Origin: Desulfobacterales bacterium
GTDB taxonomy: Bacteria; Desulfobacterota; Desulfobacteria; Desulfobacterales; SpSt-501
NCBI GenBank assembly: GCA_030834695.1
Contig: JAUQXK010000013.1
Span: forward strand, 25,980-89,979
Reading direction: 5' to 3'
DNA length: 64,000 nucleotides
In this document: positions 28,673 through 38,682 of the stretch, in pieces
Position numbering within the stretch: the first letter of the stretch is position 1
Layout of the letters: every line of letters starts with the position of its first letter
Made by a program: the position numbers and the translations under genes
Notes under the pieces: model-generated
Databases searched by the model: none
What the model saw: the letters and a program-made list of their open reading frames with translations, nothing else
What the model was told of the DNA's origin: nothing

Positions 28673-28830
28673 TCACGTCAGATTCAATGCCTCTTGCAGC
28701 TCGCTCGAGCTGTACGGTTTCTGAACGAAGCCGTTGCCATCCCCCTTCAGAATTTCGGGCATTTTCCCATTGCAGTCATAGCCGCTCGAAACCAGCACTT
28801 TGACGTCGGGCCGGACCTGCTTGATTTGGA
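28673..28830 (-). pseudogene. C-terminal remnant of a response-regulator receiver domain
   Basis: IKQVRPDVKVLVSSGY...GFVQKPYSSSEL is the second half of a REC domain; no N-terminal half or start is present. Confidence 0.65.
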
Positions 28831-28889
28831 CGCATCTTGTTCTATTATCAGTTTTAACCCGCTTACCAGACACGATCGGGAGGCCATCC

Positions 28890-29369
28890 ATGGGTGAAAA
28901 AGGAAAGGAACTGGCTCGACGTCTGGGTGCGTTCAGCCAAGATGTCATCACTTTTGTCGAAGGTTGCTCGGAAAATAATTGGAAAAAGGCGTGTGAGCAG
29001 GAGGAGTGGCCGGTGGGAGTGACCGCCCGCCACATCGGCGCTGGTCATTTCGACGCGGTCGGACTGGTCCGCATGATCGTGAAAGGCGAGAAGCTGCCGG
29101 AGTTCACCATGGACCAGTTGGTTGAGATGGCCAACGAGCATGCCCGCCAGCATGCCGGGTGCACACGGGAAGAGGTTCTGGGGCTCCTGCGCCGGAACGG
29201 CGCAGCCCTCGTCGACTACGTGGCCGGGCTCTCCGACGCCGAACTGGACCGTACCGGGCACCTGGCCCTGGCCGGCGGAAAACTGAGCGCCCAGCAACTC
29301 ATCGAGGCGGTTATCCTCAAGTCTGGCGGTGAGCATTTCGAGAGCATGAAAGCCGCCGTTGATTCGTGA
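28890..29369 (+). CDS. DinB/YfiT-like four-helix protein
   Basis: WPVGVTARHI, LSDAELDR, C-terminal EHFESMK; GGAGG RBS. Confidence 0.7.
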   Translation: MGEKGKELARRLGAFSQDVITFVEGCSENNWKKACEQEEWPVGVTARHIGAGHFDAVGLVRMIVKGEKLPEFTMDQLVEMANEHARQHAGCTREEVLGLLRRNGAALVDYVAGLSDAELDRTGHLALAGGKLSAQQLIEAVILKSGGEHFESMKAAVDS

Positions 29370-29421
29370 CCCGGTCTTGGTCGTGGCCCTTCGATATCAG
29401 CGCTTCCTAACGGCTACTCTT

Positions 29422-29450
29422 TTGACAGGGCGGGTGATTGCCATTAACTT
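29422..29450 (+). promoter_or_regulatory. Sigma70 promoter upstream of the Cys-rich ORF
   Basis: TTGACA (29422)-17 bp-TAACTT (29445). Confidence 0.55.
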
Positions 29451-29491
29451 AGAAAAATGCGGCCGAAGTTTCGTGGACCATATCACCGGCC

Positions 29492-29782
29492 ATGCTGCAT
29501 AGTTCTATGTCCATGAACAGCCTTGAATGCTGCAACAAAAGCGCACATTATGAATGCCTGAACGAGACGACCGAAACGTGCGGCGCCGTCAACTGCTGCA
29601 TCGTCGGATTTATGTCGAAATGCGGTGCAGGACCGTTGATAACCAATCAAAGGGCTTGCCGGTTTTTCAAGATGTCGTCCGCCGGCAACCGCTGCATGCA
29701 CTATTGCGTCGCCTTGGATGGGCATTGCGACAGCATCGACGCCCAGCATGAGATGAAAAACAGGGGGCCGTCGCGAAACTGA
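29492..29782 (+). CDS. Small cysteine-rich hypothetical protein (11 Cys)
   Basis: 96-aa ORF (alternative start 29513) with CC..C..C..CC..C..C..C..C..C. Confidence 0.5.
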   Translation: MLHSSMSMNSLECCNKSAHYECLNETTETCGAVNCCIVGFMSKCGAGPLITNQRACRFFKMSSAGNRCMHYCVALDGHCDSIDAQHEMKNRGPSRN

Positions 29783-29976
29783 GCCAAACCATGACGTTCA
29801 AATCCCCAAAGCGAGGCAGGCATTCTGGGAGTCTGCCATATACTTCATCCTTATATTTTATCCCGCCTCCAATACCCACGCTGGCCTTTTTCACCAAATC
29901 CTGATAAATTGAAACACTATTAGTACGCTCTGATCGATTTGCCATATCAATATATTGATCCAACCCGGTTGAGAGG

Positions 29977-31881
29977 ATGAAAAACCATTCAAATCATTAC
30001 AACGCCGCCGACCTCGAGGTGCTGAGAGGGCTCGATCCGGTCAAACGGCGGCCGGGCATGTACACGGACACCACCCGGCCGAACCATCTGGCCCATGAGG
30101 TCATCGACAATGCCGTGGACGAAGCGATTGCCGGCTTCGCCGACCGCATCGAGGTCACTCTTTTCAAGGACGGCTCGCTGCAGGTCATCGACAACGGACG
30201 GGGCATGCCCGTCGACCAGCATCCGGAGGAGAAAGTGTCCGGGGTCGAGGTCATCATGACCCGGCTGCATGCCGGCGCGAAATTCGGGCACAAGAACTAT
30301 CAGTTTTCGGGAGGCCTGCACGGCGTCGGGGTGTCGGTGGTCAACGCGCTTTCGACCCGACTCGATGTCGAGATCCGCCGCAACGGCCTCGTTTACCAGA
30401 TGGTCTTCAAAGCCGGAAAGAAAGCCTCCGATCTGAAAACCGTCGGCACGGGCAGGAAATCCGACACCGGCACGACGATCCGGTTCTGGCCGGATGCTCA
30501 GTATTTCGAAACCCTGAAAATTTCGGTGGGGCGGCTGCGGCATACGCTGCGGGCCAAAGCGGTGCTGTGTCCTCGGCTGACGGTCACATTTCTGGACGAG
30601 GCCTCCGGCCAGAGCGACAGCTGGTATTTCGAGGACGGCCTGAAGGACTATCTGGCGGAAAGCGTCAAGAATTTCGAGCGCATCCCCGAAGCGCCGTTCG
30701 TCGGTCAGGTGGAGGGCCGGGAGGAGTCCGTCAGCTGGGCGGTCATCTGGCTCCCCGACGGCGGGGACGGCATTGCCGAAAGCTACGCGAACCTGATCCC
30801 CACCCCCCAGGGCGGAACCCACGTGGTCGGCTTCCGCTCAGGGCTGCTGGCCGCGTTGCGCGATTTCGGCGAGTTCCGAGGCTTCATCCCGCGGGGCGTT
30901 AAACTGACCCCCGAAGATGTCTGGGAGCGGTGCAGCTACATCCTCTCGGCCAAGCTGGCGGACCTGCAGTTCTCCGGGCAGACCAAGGAGCGACTTTCCT
31001 CCCGGGAGTGTACGGCGTTCATCGCCAGCGTCGTGCAGGACGCCTTTTCGCACTGGCTCAACCAGAACCCGGAAGCCGCGCAGAAGCTCTGCGAGATGGC
31101 CATCGAGAACGCCCGCCGCCGGCTGAAGGAGGCCGCCAAGGTGGTGCGCCGCAAAGTGGGCGTCGGCCCGGCCCTTCCCGGAAAACTCACGGACTGCATT
31201 TCGCAGAACCCGGAGGAGAGCGAGCTTTTCCTGGTGGAGGGCGATTCGGCTGGAGGCTCGGCCAAGCAGGCCCGCGACAAGAACACGCAGGCCGTGCTGC
31301 CCCTGCGGGGCAAGATCCTCAACGCCTGGGAGGAGGACGCCAACACGATCCTTCAGTCCCGGGAAATCCATGACATCGCGGTCGCCATCGGTGTGGATCC
31401 GGGCTCGAGCGATCTTTCGGGCCTGCGCTACGGCAAGAACATCATTCTGGCCGATGCCGATTCGGACGGCCTGCATATCGCCACGCTCCTGTGCGGTCTG
31501 TTCCTCCGGCATTTTCGCCCGCTGGTGGAAGCCGGGAAGATCTGCGTGGCCATGCCGCCGCTCTACCGCATCGACCTGGGGTCCAAAGTGTTCTATGCCC
31601 TGGACGACCAGGAGAAAAACGCTATTTTGAAGCGCCTCAACGACGACGGCAAGAAAGGGAAGATCAACGTCCAGCGTTTCAAAGGCCTCGGCGAGATGAA
31701 CCCCCTGCAGCTGCGCGAGACCACCATGCACCCCGAAACCCGCCGGCTGGTCCGGTTGACCCTTCCCAAGCAGGGCGGCACGCGGGAGGTGGTGGACATG
31801 CTGCTGTCCAAGAAGCGGGTCAAGGATCGCAAGCGCTGGCTGGAGGAGGAGGGCGACCGCGCGGAGGCGGAACTGCTGTAG
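29977..31881 (+). CDS. parE: DNA topoisomerase IV subunit B
   Basis: RRPGMYTDTTRPNHLAHEVIDN, GGLHGVG, VEGDSAGGSAKQAR, PLRGKILN, ADADSDG, QRFKGLGEM. Confidence 0.96.
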   Translation: MKNHSNHYNAADLEVLRGLDPVKRRPGMYTDTTRPNHLAHEVIDNAVDEAIAGFADRIEVTLFKDGSLQVIDNGRGMPVDQHPEEKVSGVEVIMTRLHAGAKFGHKNYQFSGGLHGVGVSVVNALSTRLDVEIRRNGLVYQMVFKAGKKASDLKTVGTGRKSDTGTTIRFWPDAQYFETLKISVGRLRHTLRAKAVLCPRLTVTFLDEASGQSDSWYFEDGLKDYLAESVKNFERIPEAPFVGQVEGREESVSWAVIWLPDGGDGIAESYANLIPTPQGGTHVVGFRSGLLAALRDFGEFRGFIPRGVKLTPEDVWERCSYILSAKLADLQFSGQTKERLSSRECTAFIASVVQDAFSHWLNQNPEAAQKLCEMAIENARRRLKEAAKVVRRKVGVGPALPGKLTDCISQNPEESELFLVEGDSAGGSAKQARDKNTQAVLPLRGKILNAWEEDANTILQSREIHDIAVAIGVDPGSSDLSGLRYGKNIILADADSDGLHIATLLCGLFLRHFRPLVEAGKICVAMPPLYRIDLGSKVFYALDDQEKNAILKRLNDDGKKGKINVQRFKGLGEMNPLQLRETTMHPETRRLVRLTLPKQGGTREVVDMLLSKKRVKDRKRWLEEEGDRAEAELL

Positions 31882-31882
31882 C

Positions 31883-32020
31883 AGTGGTGCCTAACTCCGT
31901 GGGACGGCCGAGGGCGGCCTTGCAGGCCGGTTTGAAATGCTCACAACCTATCGAGGTTGCTCCGCTTTCAAACCGGCCTACGCTTGGCTCGCGGCCGTGA
32001 TCCGAGGTTCGGAAACCACT
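31883..32020. repeat. Long imperfect palindromic element between parE and parC
   Basis: AGTGGT...AGGCCGGTTTGAAA...TTTCAAACCGGCCT...ACCACT nested inverted repeats. Confidence 0.65.
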
Positions 32021-32150
32021 TCTATCCTGCTGCGTTGACTGATCTTCGCCCCCTTTGGCAAAGGGGGCGGGGGATTTTGAAATCAACTTCATAGTTTTTC
32101 CTCTGGCAGTCCGCCGGAGAAAAAGCTCCATCGGAATGGAGACCTGTTCA

Positions 32151-34460
32151 ATGGTACGCACCAGTGCGCTGCGGGTGGAAAGTGTCGAGCAACTGCCGCT
32201 TTCCGAATTCGTGCGTCCCGCCTATCTCAACTATGCCATGTACGTCATCATGGACCGGGCGCTGCCGTTCATCGGCGACGGGCTCAAGCCCGTGCAGCGC
32301 CGCATCGTCTACGCTATGAGCGAACTCGGGCTGCGGGCTTCGGCCAAGTACAAAAAATCCGCCCGCACCGTCGGCGACGTCCTCGGCAAGTACCACCCCC
32401 ATGGCGACAGCGCCTGCTACGAGGCCATGGTGCTCATGGCCCAGCCGTTTTCCTACCGATACCCGCTCATCGACGGCCAGGGCAACTGGGGCTCGATCGA
32501 CAACCCCAAGGATTTCGCGGCCATGCGCTACACCGAATCGCGCCTTTCGCCCTATGCCGACATGCTGTTGGCGGAAGTCGAGATGGGGACGACCGAGTGG
32601 GCTCCGAACTTCGACGGCACCCTGCGGGAGCCCGTCACGCTGCCGGCCCGGCTTCCCAACATCCTGCTCAACGGGGCGACGGGCATCGCCGTCGGCATGA
32701 CGACCGACGTCCTGCCCCATAACATCGGCGAGGTGGTCGACGCCTGCGTCCACCTGATCGATCACCCCAAAGCGGGAATCGAGGACGTCTGCGCCTATGT
32801 TCAGGGGCCTGATTTTCCGACCGGCGCCGAGATCATCAACCCCCGGGCGGAGATCATCGAGGCCTACCGCACGGGACTCGGCAACATCCGCATGCGCGCC
32901 TCCTATGAGCACGACAACGGGGACATCATCATCACGGCCCTGCCCTACCAGGTCTCGACCGCCCGGGTGATCGAACAGATCGCGGCAATGATGGAGGCCA
33001 AGAAGCTGCCGATGGTCGCGGACATCCGCGACGAATCCGACCACGAGGACCCCATCCGGCTGCGGATCATCCCCCGCTCCAACCGGGTGGACAAGGACGC
33101 CCTCATGAGCCACCTGCTGGCGACGACCGAGCTCGAGAAGACCTATCGGCTCAACCTGAACGTCATCGGCCTGAACCGCCGGCCCCAGACGCTCGGGCTG
33201 GTCGAACTGCTGCGGCAGTGGCTCGATTTCCGCAGGCAAACCGTGGTGAAGCGGCTCAGCCATCGTTTGGAGAAGATCAACGAGCGGCTGCACATTTTGG
33301 AGGGTTTGCTGGTTGTCTACCTGCACCTGGACGAGGTCATCCGGATCATCCGCAAGAGCGACGACCCCGAGCAGGAACTGATGCGGCGGTTCAAGCTGAG
33401 CGCGGTGCAGGTCGATGCCATTCTACAGATCCGCCTGCGGCAGCTGGCGCGGCTCGAAGAGTTGAAACTCAAGAAGGAAAAGACTGAGCTCGAAGCCGAA
33501 AAACAGGACATCGAGGAGGTGCTCTCGTCGGAGGCCAAGCTCAAGCGCCTGCTCAAGCAGGAGCTGAAAGCCGATGCCAAAAAATTCGGCGACCCGCGCC
33601 GGACCCTCATCGTCGAGCGCAAGGAGGCCCAGGCCATCAAGGAACGGGACCTGGCCCCGGCCGACCCGGTGACGGTCGTGTTGTCCGCCAACGGCTGGGT
33701 CCGGGCCGCCAAGGGACACGACATCGACCCGGAGAGCCTGGCATATAAGCCCGGGGATTCTTTTCTGAGCGCGGCGCGGGGGAAGTCGAACCAGTTTGCG
33801 GTGTTTCTGGATACGGTCGGCCGAACCTACTCGCTCGAGGCCCACAGCCTGCCGTCGGCCCGCGGCCAGGGCGAGCCGATCACGGCGCGCTTTGCCCTTC
33901 CGCCCGGGGCGCGGTTCGTTTCGGTCGCGATCGGTTCGGAAAACCAGCAGTATGTCCTGGCGAGCGAATTCGGCTACGGATTCGTGACCGACTTGGCCAA
34001 CCTCCAGAGCAAGAACCAGAAAGGCAAAGCCGCGCTCAAGGTCCCGGCCGGCGCGAACGCCCTTCCGGCCCTGGCCGTCGACGACCGCGAGCGCTGCTGT
34101 CTGGCTGCTTTTACCAGTGCGGGCTATGTTCTGGTGATCGCGCTTCGTGAGCTGCCGGTCCTGCCCAAAGGCAAGGGCAACAAGATCATCCAGATCCCCC
34201 GGAAGAAGCTGACTGAGCGGGAGGAGGTTCTGAAACACTTGGTCGTGTTCGACCCTCAGGACTGCCTGGTGATCACGTCCGGCAAGCGCACCTTCAAGCT
34301 GACGCCGGAAACCCTTAAAGACTACACGGCCGAAAGAGGCCGGCGGGGAAAGAAGCTGCCGCGCGGATTTCGGTCGGTCGACCGGGTGGAGCGCGAAGCG
34401 GCGCCGGGCGAGGACAAACCGTTCAAGCCGCCCGGGCAGGCCACGTTTGATAATTTCTGA
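32151..34460 (+). CDS. parC: DNA topoisomerase IV subunit A
   Basis: [45 protein letters not shown]; start uncertain (32136 or 32151). Confidence 0.96.
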   Translation: MVRTSALRVESVEQLPLSEFVRPAYLNYAMYVIMDRALPFIGDGLKPVQRRIVYAMSELGLRASAKYKKSARTVGDVLGKYHPHGDSACYEAMVLMAQPFSYRYPLIDGQGNWGSIDNPKDFAAMRYTESRLSPYADMLLAEVEMGTTEWAPNFDGTLREPVTLPARLPNILLNGATGIAVGMTTDVLPHNIGEVVDACVHLIDHPKAGIEDVCAYVQGPDFPTGAEIINPRAEIIEAYRTGLGNIRMRASYEHDNGDIIITALPYQVSTARVIEQIAAMMEAKKLPMVADIRDESDHEDPIRLRIIPRSNRVDKDALMSHLLATTELEKTYRLNLNVIGLNRRPQTLGLVELLRQWLDFRRQTVVKRLSHRLEKINERLHILEGLLVVYLHLDEVIRIIRKSDDPEQELMRRFKLSAVQVDAILQIRLRQLARLEELKLKKEKTELEAEKQDIEEVLSSEAKLKRLLKQELKADAKKFGDPRRTLIVERKEAQAIKERDLAPADPVTVVLSANGWVRAAKGHDIDPESLAYKPGDSFLSAARGKSNQFAVFLDTVGRTYSLEAHSLPSARGQGEPITARFALPPGARFVSVAIGSENQQYVLASEFGYGFVTDLANLQSKNQKGKAALKVPAGANALPALAVDDRERCCLAAFTSAGYVLVIALRELPVLPKGKGNKIIQIPRKKLTEREEVLKHLVVFDPQDCLVITSGKRTFKLTPETLKDYTAERGRRGKKLPRGFRSVDRVEREAAPGEDKPFKPPGQATFDNF

Positions 34461-34474
34461 TGGTTGGCCCGGCG

Positions 34475-35374
34475 TCAGCGTGCCGCATCCCAGGATGTGA
34501 AATAGGTGTCGACCTCGTCGACGAACCCGCCGTGTTTGGGCTGCCAGCCCAGCAGGCGTACGGCCTTGCGGGCGTCCACATGCTGGTCCAGCGCCAGGCA
34601 TTCGGCGAAATCGCCCATGCCCTTGGTGGCGTCGGCGACCGGGACGAACTGAACCCGGCCGGCGTAGCCGGTTGCGCGCGCCACCGCCTGCAGCATTTCA
34701 GCGACGCTCCAGCGCGAACGGTCCGTGATGTTGAACACTTCGCCGGAAAGCCCGCTTTCCCCCGCGCGCAGGTAGCCATCCGCCAGGTCGTCGGCATGGA
34801 CCATGGTCCAGCGGTTGGCGCCGTCGCCGACGGCCGAGACGTTTTTTTCCTGGACCGCGCCGGCAAACCACATGCCCGTGAGCCCGCCTTGATAGCCGTA
34901 CACGCAGCCGGGACGGATCACGATCCCGTGCACATCATCCGCATGGAGCACCAGTTTTTCGATGGCCGGCCGTTGGGCGACCATTTTGGGCGGGTTCAAC
35001 GGCGTGGTTTCGTCGACCAGCCGGCCGCGGGTGTCGCCGTAGACCCACACGCCGCTCGTGTAGATCAAGGTCTTGGGCTGCGGCCCGCGTTTGGCAAGAG
35101 AGAGGAGAAACTCCACCGTCTGCCGGTCGAGCGCGAACGGATCCGTCTGATAGTCGACCGCTGCATGGATCAAGACGGCGCAGCCGCCGGCCGCATCCCG
35201 CCAGGCGTCCGTCTCCTGCATGCGCCCGACCACCGGTCGGACTTCGTGCCGGGCCAGCATCCGAGCCTTTTCTGCGCTGCGGGTCAGCCCCCATACCTCG
35301 TGACCCGCGCGGCGGTAGGCCAGTGCCACGTTGAATCCGATGTATCCCGTTGCGCCTGTGATGAACACCTTCAT
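34475..35374 (-). CDS. NAD-dependent epimerase/dehydratase (atypical SDR)
   Basis: FITGATGYIG, YTSGVWVYG, IRPGCVYG, VHADDLA. Confidence 0.88.
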   Translation of the reverse strand: MKVFITGATGYIGFNVALAYRRAGHEVWGLTRSAEKARMLARHEVRPVVGRMQETDAWRDAAGGCAVLIHAAVDYQTDPFALDRQTVEFLLSLAKRGPQPKTLIYTSGVWVYGDTRGRLVDETTPLNPPKMVAQRPAIEKLVLHADDVHGIVIRPGCVYGYQGGLTGMWFAGAVQEKNVSAVGDGANRWTMVHADDLADGYLRAGESGLSGEVFNITDRSRWSVAEMLQAVARATGYAGRVQFVPVADATKGMGDFAECLALDQHVDARKAVRLLGWQPKHGGFVDEVDTYFTSWDAAR

Positions 35375-35480
35375 GTTGACCTCTCGATAGAATGGATTTG
35401 GGTGTCGCCATGAATGTTCAATTATTCATCGCCGGGGCGTTTGGCAAGTATCGGCAATTTCAGCGCCGGCCTGACCGTGG

Positions 35481-35600
35481 TTGACAATCGGGATCCTTTC
35501 GCGTATAAATAACAACAGTTTTAGTTGCTGGCAGTCATCAGGTAAAAATCCAGTCGTCACAAGCCCTTGGATTTTTGTCGAATCCAATGGGCTTTTTTTA
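35481..35600 (+). promoter_or_regulatory. Sigma70 promoter and terminator/antiterminator leader of the DEAD-box gene
   Basis: TTGACA (35481)-17 bp-TATAAA (35504); hairpin AAGCCCTTGGATT/AATCCAATGGGC plus T7 (35561-35599); AAAAATCCA (35544-35552) is complementary to TGGATTTTT (35568-35576). Confidence 0.65.
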
Positions 35601-35632
35601 TTCACCCATTCAACCAGAAAGAAGAAACACCA

Positions 35633-36874
35633 ATGAGTTTTGAGCTGTTCAACTTGCATTCAACCATCACCGCCGGCGTGAAAACGCTTGGCTTTTCCAC
35701 CCCTACCCCTATTCAACGTGAAGCCATCCCCCCGGTCATGGAAGGCCGGGATGTCATGGGGTTGGCCCAAACGGGCACAGGCAAGACCGCGGCCTTTGCA
35801 CTACCTATTTTGCACCGCCTGATGGCCGGGCCCCAGGGCAAGGTTCGGGCACTGATACTGGCGCCCACCCGGGAGCTGACCGAACAAACCCACAAGGCTA
35901 TCGGCCAGATGGGGCGCAGCACCCGCATACGCAGTGCCGCGATTTACGGCGGCGTCGGCATGCAGCCGCAGCTCGATACCCTGCGCCGCGGGGTGGACAT
36001 CGTTGCGGCCTGCCCCGGTCGCCTGTTGGACCATGTCCGCCGAAGAACGATCGATTTGTCCCGCGTCGAAGTGCTCGTCCTGGACGAGGCCGATCAGATG
36101 TTCGACATGGGGTTTCTGCCGGATATCCGAAAAATCGTGAAGCTCCTGCCGCGGACGCGCCAGAATCTTCTATTTTCGGCTACCATGCCTCCCGACATCA
36201 AGGGCCTGGCGGACGAGATTCTGCGCGACCCCGTGCGGGTGCAGATCGGGCACACGGCCCCGGCCGACAGCGTGGCGCATACCTTTTATCCGGTCGCGAC
36301 CAGTTCGAAGGACGCATTATTGAGGAAAATCCTGGACACCACGTCAACCAGCGCGGTGCTGGTCTTCACGCGCACCAAACGGCGTTCCAAGAACCTGGCG
36401 CGGCTGCTCGAGGAATCCGGCTACGAGGCGGCTGCGCTGCACGGCAACCTCAGCCAGAGCAACCGCCGGAAGGCTATGGATGGGTTTCGCAGCGGCCGGT
36501 ACAAAATTCTGGTCGCCACCGACGTGGCCGCCCGCGGGATCGATGTGCGCGGGATATCACACGTGATCAACTATGACATACCGGACACGGTGGACGCTTA
36601 TACGCATCGCATCGGCCGCACCGGCCGCGCCTGCGAAACCGGCGACGCATTCACCTTCGTATGCCAAGAAGATCAAGGGCTGCTGCGTGCGATCACGCGG
36701 CTGCTCGGAAACAAGGATAAGTACCGCGTCATGGAGAGATTCGGCGGCGCCGATCGGAGACAAGAAGGTGCGCCAGCCCGGGTTCGAGCGGTCGCCCCTC
36801 GCTACCCCGCCTCCCGATCCTTCAGCGCCAGGCCGCGGACCTGGGCTGCCCCGCGGAGGGCCCGCAGCGCTTGA
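35633..36874 (+). CDS. DEAD-box RNA helicase (RhlE-like)
   Basis: PTPIQ, AQTGTGKT, PTREL, LDEAD, FSAT, ATDVAARGID, HRIGRTGR. Confidence 0.95.
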   Translation: MSFELFNLHSTITAGVKTLGFSTPTPIQREAIPPVMEGRDVMGLAQTGTGKTAAFALPILHRLMAGPQGKVRALILAPTRELTEQTHKAIGQMGRSTRIRSAAIYGGVGMQPQLDTLRRGVDIVAACPGRLLDHVRRRTIDLSRVEVLVLDEADQMFDMGFLPDIRKIVKLLPRTRQNLLFSATMPPDIKGLADEILRDPVRVQIGHTAPADSVAHTFYPVATSSKDALLRKILDTTSTSAVLVFTRTKRRSKNLARLLEESGYEAAALHGNLSQSNRRKAMDGFRSGRYKILVATDVAARGIDVRGISHVINYDIPDTVDAYTHRIGRTGRACETGDAFTFVCQEDQGLLRAITRLLGNKDKYRVMERFGGADRRQEGAPARVRAVAPRYPASRSFSARPRTWAAPRRARSA

Positions 36875-36966
36875 TCTTGCCTGAATTGAATGGCGGTTGA
36901 AAAACGAGTCGAAGTCATATATCGCTTATTCCTCTCGTGAGGCGTACTTTCTTACTGCCGATCGCC

Positions 36967-38616
36967 ATGGCCGATATCGCGAAAATATGGATCAAGCTTG
37001 AGGATCACGCCGTCGAGGCCCGAGCGGGCGCCACGCTCATGGAATCGCTCGCGGCCGCCGGCTATCTTCTGCGCTCCGATTGCGGCGGACGGTGGCGCTG
37101 CGGGAAGTGCATGGTTCGGGTCGTCCATTCCGAGCCGGGCGCACTGAGCGACGCACCCGAGACGGAAAGGGAGGTATTAGGGCCGGAACGGCTGGCCGCC
37201 GGCTACCGGCTGGCCTGCTGTGCTCAGGTCCTCGGAGAGGCGGCCATCGAAATACCTCCAGAAAGCCGTCTGGCCGCGGAAGTCGTTCAGAAGGGCCTGC
37301 CGGTGCTCTTGTCGAAACTGCAGGCCATGCCGCCGGCTGTCTTCAAAAGCCATGCCGCCGGCTATGGCCTGGCCATCGATGTCGGGACCACCACCTTGGC
37401 GGCCTATTTGTGCGATCGGAAGCAACGATCCATCGTGGGCTCGACCTCCGCCCGCAACCCGCAGTCCATCTTCGGCGATGACGTCATCAGCCGCATCCAC
37501 GCCGTGCGCACGGACCCGAGCGCGCTGCCGCGGCTTCAAAAAATGACCGTGAGCGCCATCGAATGGGCGATGTCCGCCCTGTGCCACCGCTTCCGAGTCG
37601 ACCCTCGGGCCGTGGGTGAAATGGTCGCCGTCGGCAACAGCACCATGATCCATCTGCTGCTCGGGGAGGATCCCTCCTCCATCGGAGTTTTTCCGTACAC
37701 GCCCCAATTTTCTGAAGACCGGACCGTCTCCGCGGGAAGCATCGGCCTGACTCTGAACGCCTCCGCGCGCCTGCGGACATTGCCCCTCATCAGCGGGTAC
37801 CTGGGGGCTGACATCGTCAGCGCCGCCCTGGCGGCGGATCTCGGTCAGCGACCCGCGGGGACCATGCTGGTGGACGTGGGGACCAACGGCGAGATTATCT
37901 TTCTTTCCGATCGGGGGTTGGCGGCCACATCCTGTGCCACCGGCCCGGCTTTCGAGGGGGCCTGCATCCGCCACGGGATGCAGGCGACCTCCGGCGCGAT
38001 CGACTCGGTGCGCTTCCGCTCCGAAAAAAGAAGTCTCGACTACACCGTCATTCAAGCCGCCGATGGAAAGAAAAAAAAGGCCGCCGGCATCTGCGGGTCC
38101 GGCGTGATCAGCGTAGTTGCCGAGCTGCTGAGGGCAGGAGTCATTTCCAAGAGCGGCAGCTACAACAAGGATTTCGGCGCGGCCGGCTTGCGGCCGGGCG
38201 AAAACCATATCCTCGAGTTTGAAATCGTGCCGGCCGGCCAGGCCTTCAACCGCCATCCCATCACGTTCACACAGGCGGACGTGCGCGCCGTCCAGTTGGC
38301 CAAGGGCGCGCTACGCGCCGGGATCGACCTGCTTTGCCGGGAAAACGGACTGGAGCGTCCGCGAACGATTCTCATGGCGGGGGCTTTCGGAAGTTACATC
38401 AACCGGGCGGATGCGCTGGGGCTCGGCATGTTTCCCCAAATGAAGATCGATGATATTGAAGTGGTGGGCAACGCGGCAGGAGCGGGTGCCGTGCTGGCGC
38501 TCCTGGACGAGAGCTGTTTCGAACGCGCACGGACCATCGCGCAAACCGTGCAGGTACTCGACCTTTCAGCCCATCCCGACTTTCAGAACACGTTCATCAA
38601 CTCCCTGAGCTTCTGA
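36967..38616 (+). CDS. ASKHA-domain [2Fe-2S] protein (RACo-type reductive activator of corrinoid proteins)
   Basis: N-terminal CGGRWRCGKC...RLACC ferredoxin; IDVGTTT, NPQ..FGDDVISRI, DVGTNGE, ATGPAFEG, GICGSG, AGAFG, GNAAG. Confidence 0.9.
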   Translation: MADIAKIWIKLEDHAVEARAGATLMESLAAAGYLLRSDCGGRWRCGKCMVRVVHSEPGALSDAPETEREVLGPERLAAGYRLACCAQVLGEAAIEIPPESRLAAEVVQKGLPVLLSKLQAMPPAVFKSHAAGYGLAIDVGTTTLAAYLCDRKQRSIVGSTSARNPQSIFGDDVISRIHAVRTDPSALPRLQKMTVSAIEWAMSALCHRFRVDPRAVGEMVAVGNSTMIHLLLGEDPSSIGVFPYTPQFSEDRTVSAGSIGLTLNASARLRTLPLISGYLGADIVSAALAADLGQRPAGTMLVDVGTNGEIIFLSDRGLAATSCATGPAFEGACIRHGMQATSGAIDSVRFRSEKRSLDYTVIQAADGKKKKAAGICGSGVISVVAELLRAGVISKSGSYNKDFGAAGLRPGENHILEFEIVPAGQAFNRHPITFTQADVRAVQLAKGALRAGIDLLCRENGLERPRTILMAGAFGSYINRADALGLGMFPQMKIDDIEVVGNAAGAGAVLALLDESCFERARTIAQTVQVLDLSAHPDFQNTFINSLSF

Positions 38617-38682
38617 TTTTCTCCGTATGGCTCCGGCGGGCAGATACGCAAGATGCCGCTGCCGCAGCCATGCTATCCCGTG

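Noticed and set aside
32380-32430. Quinolone-resistance substitution in ParC
   Set aside because: The QRDR reads GDSACYE, with Ser80 and Glu84 equivalents wild type
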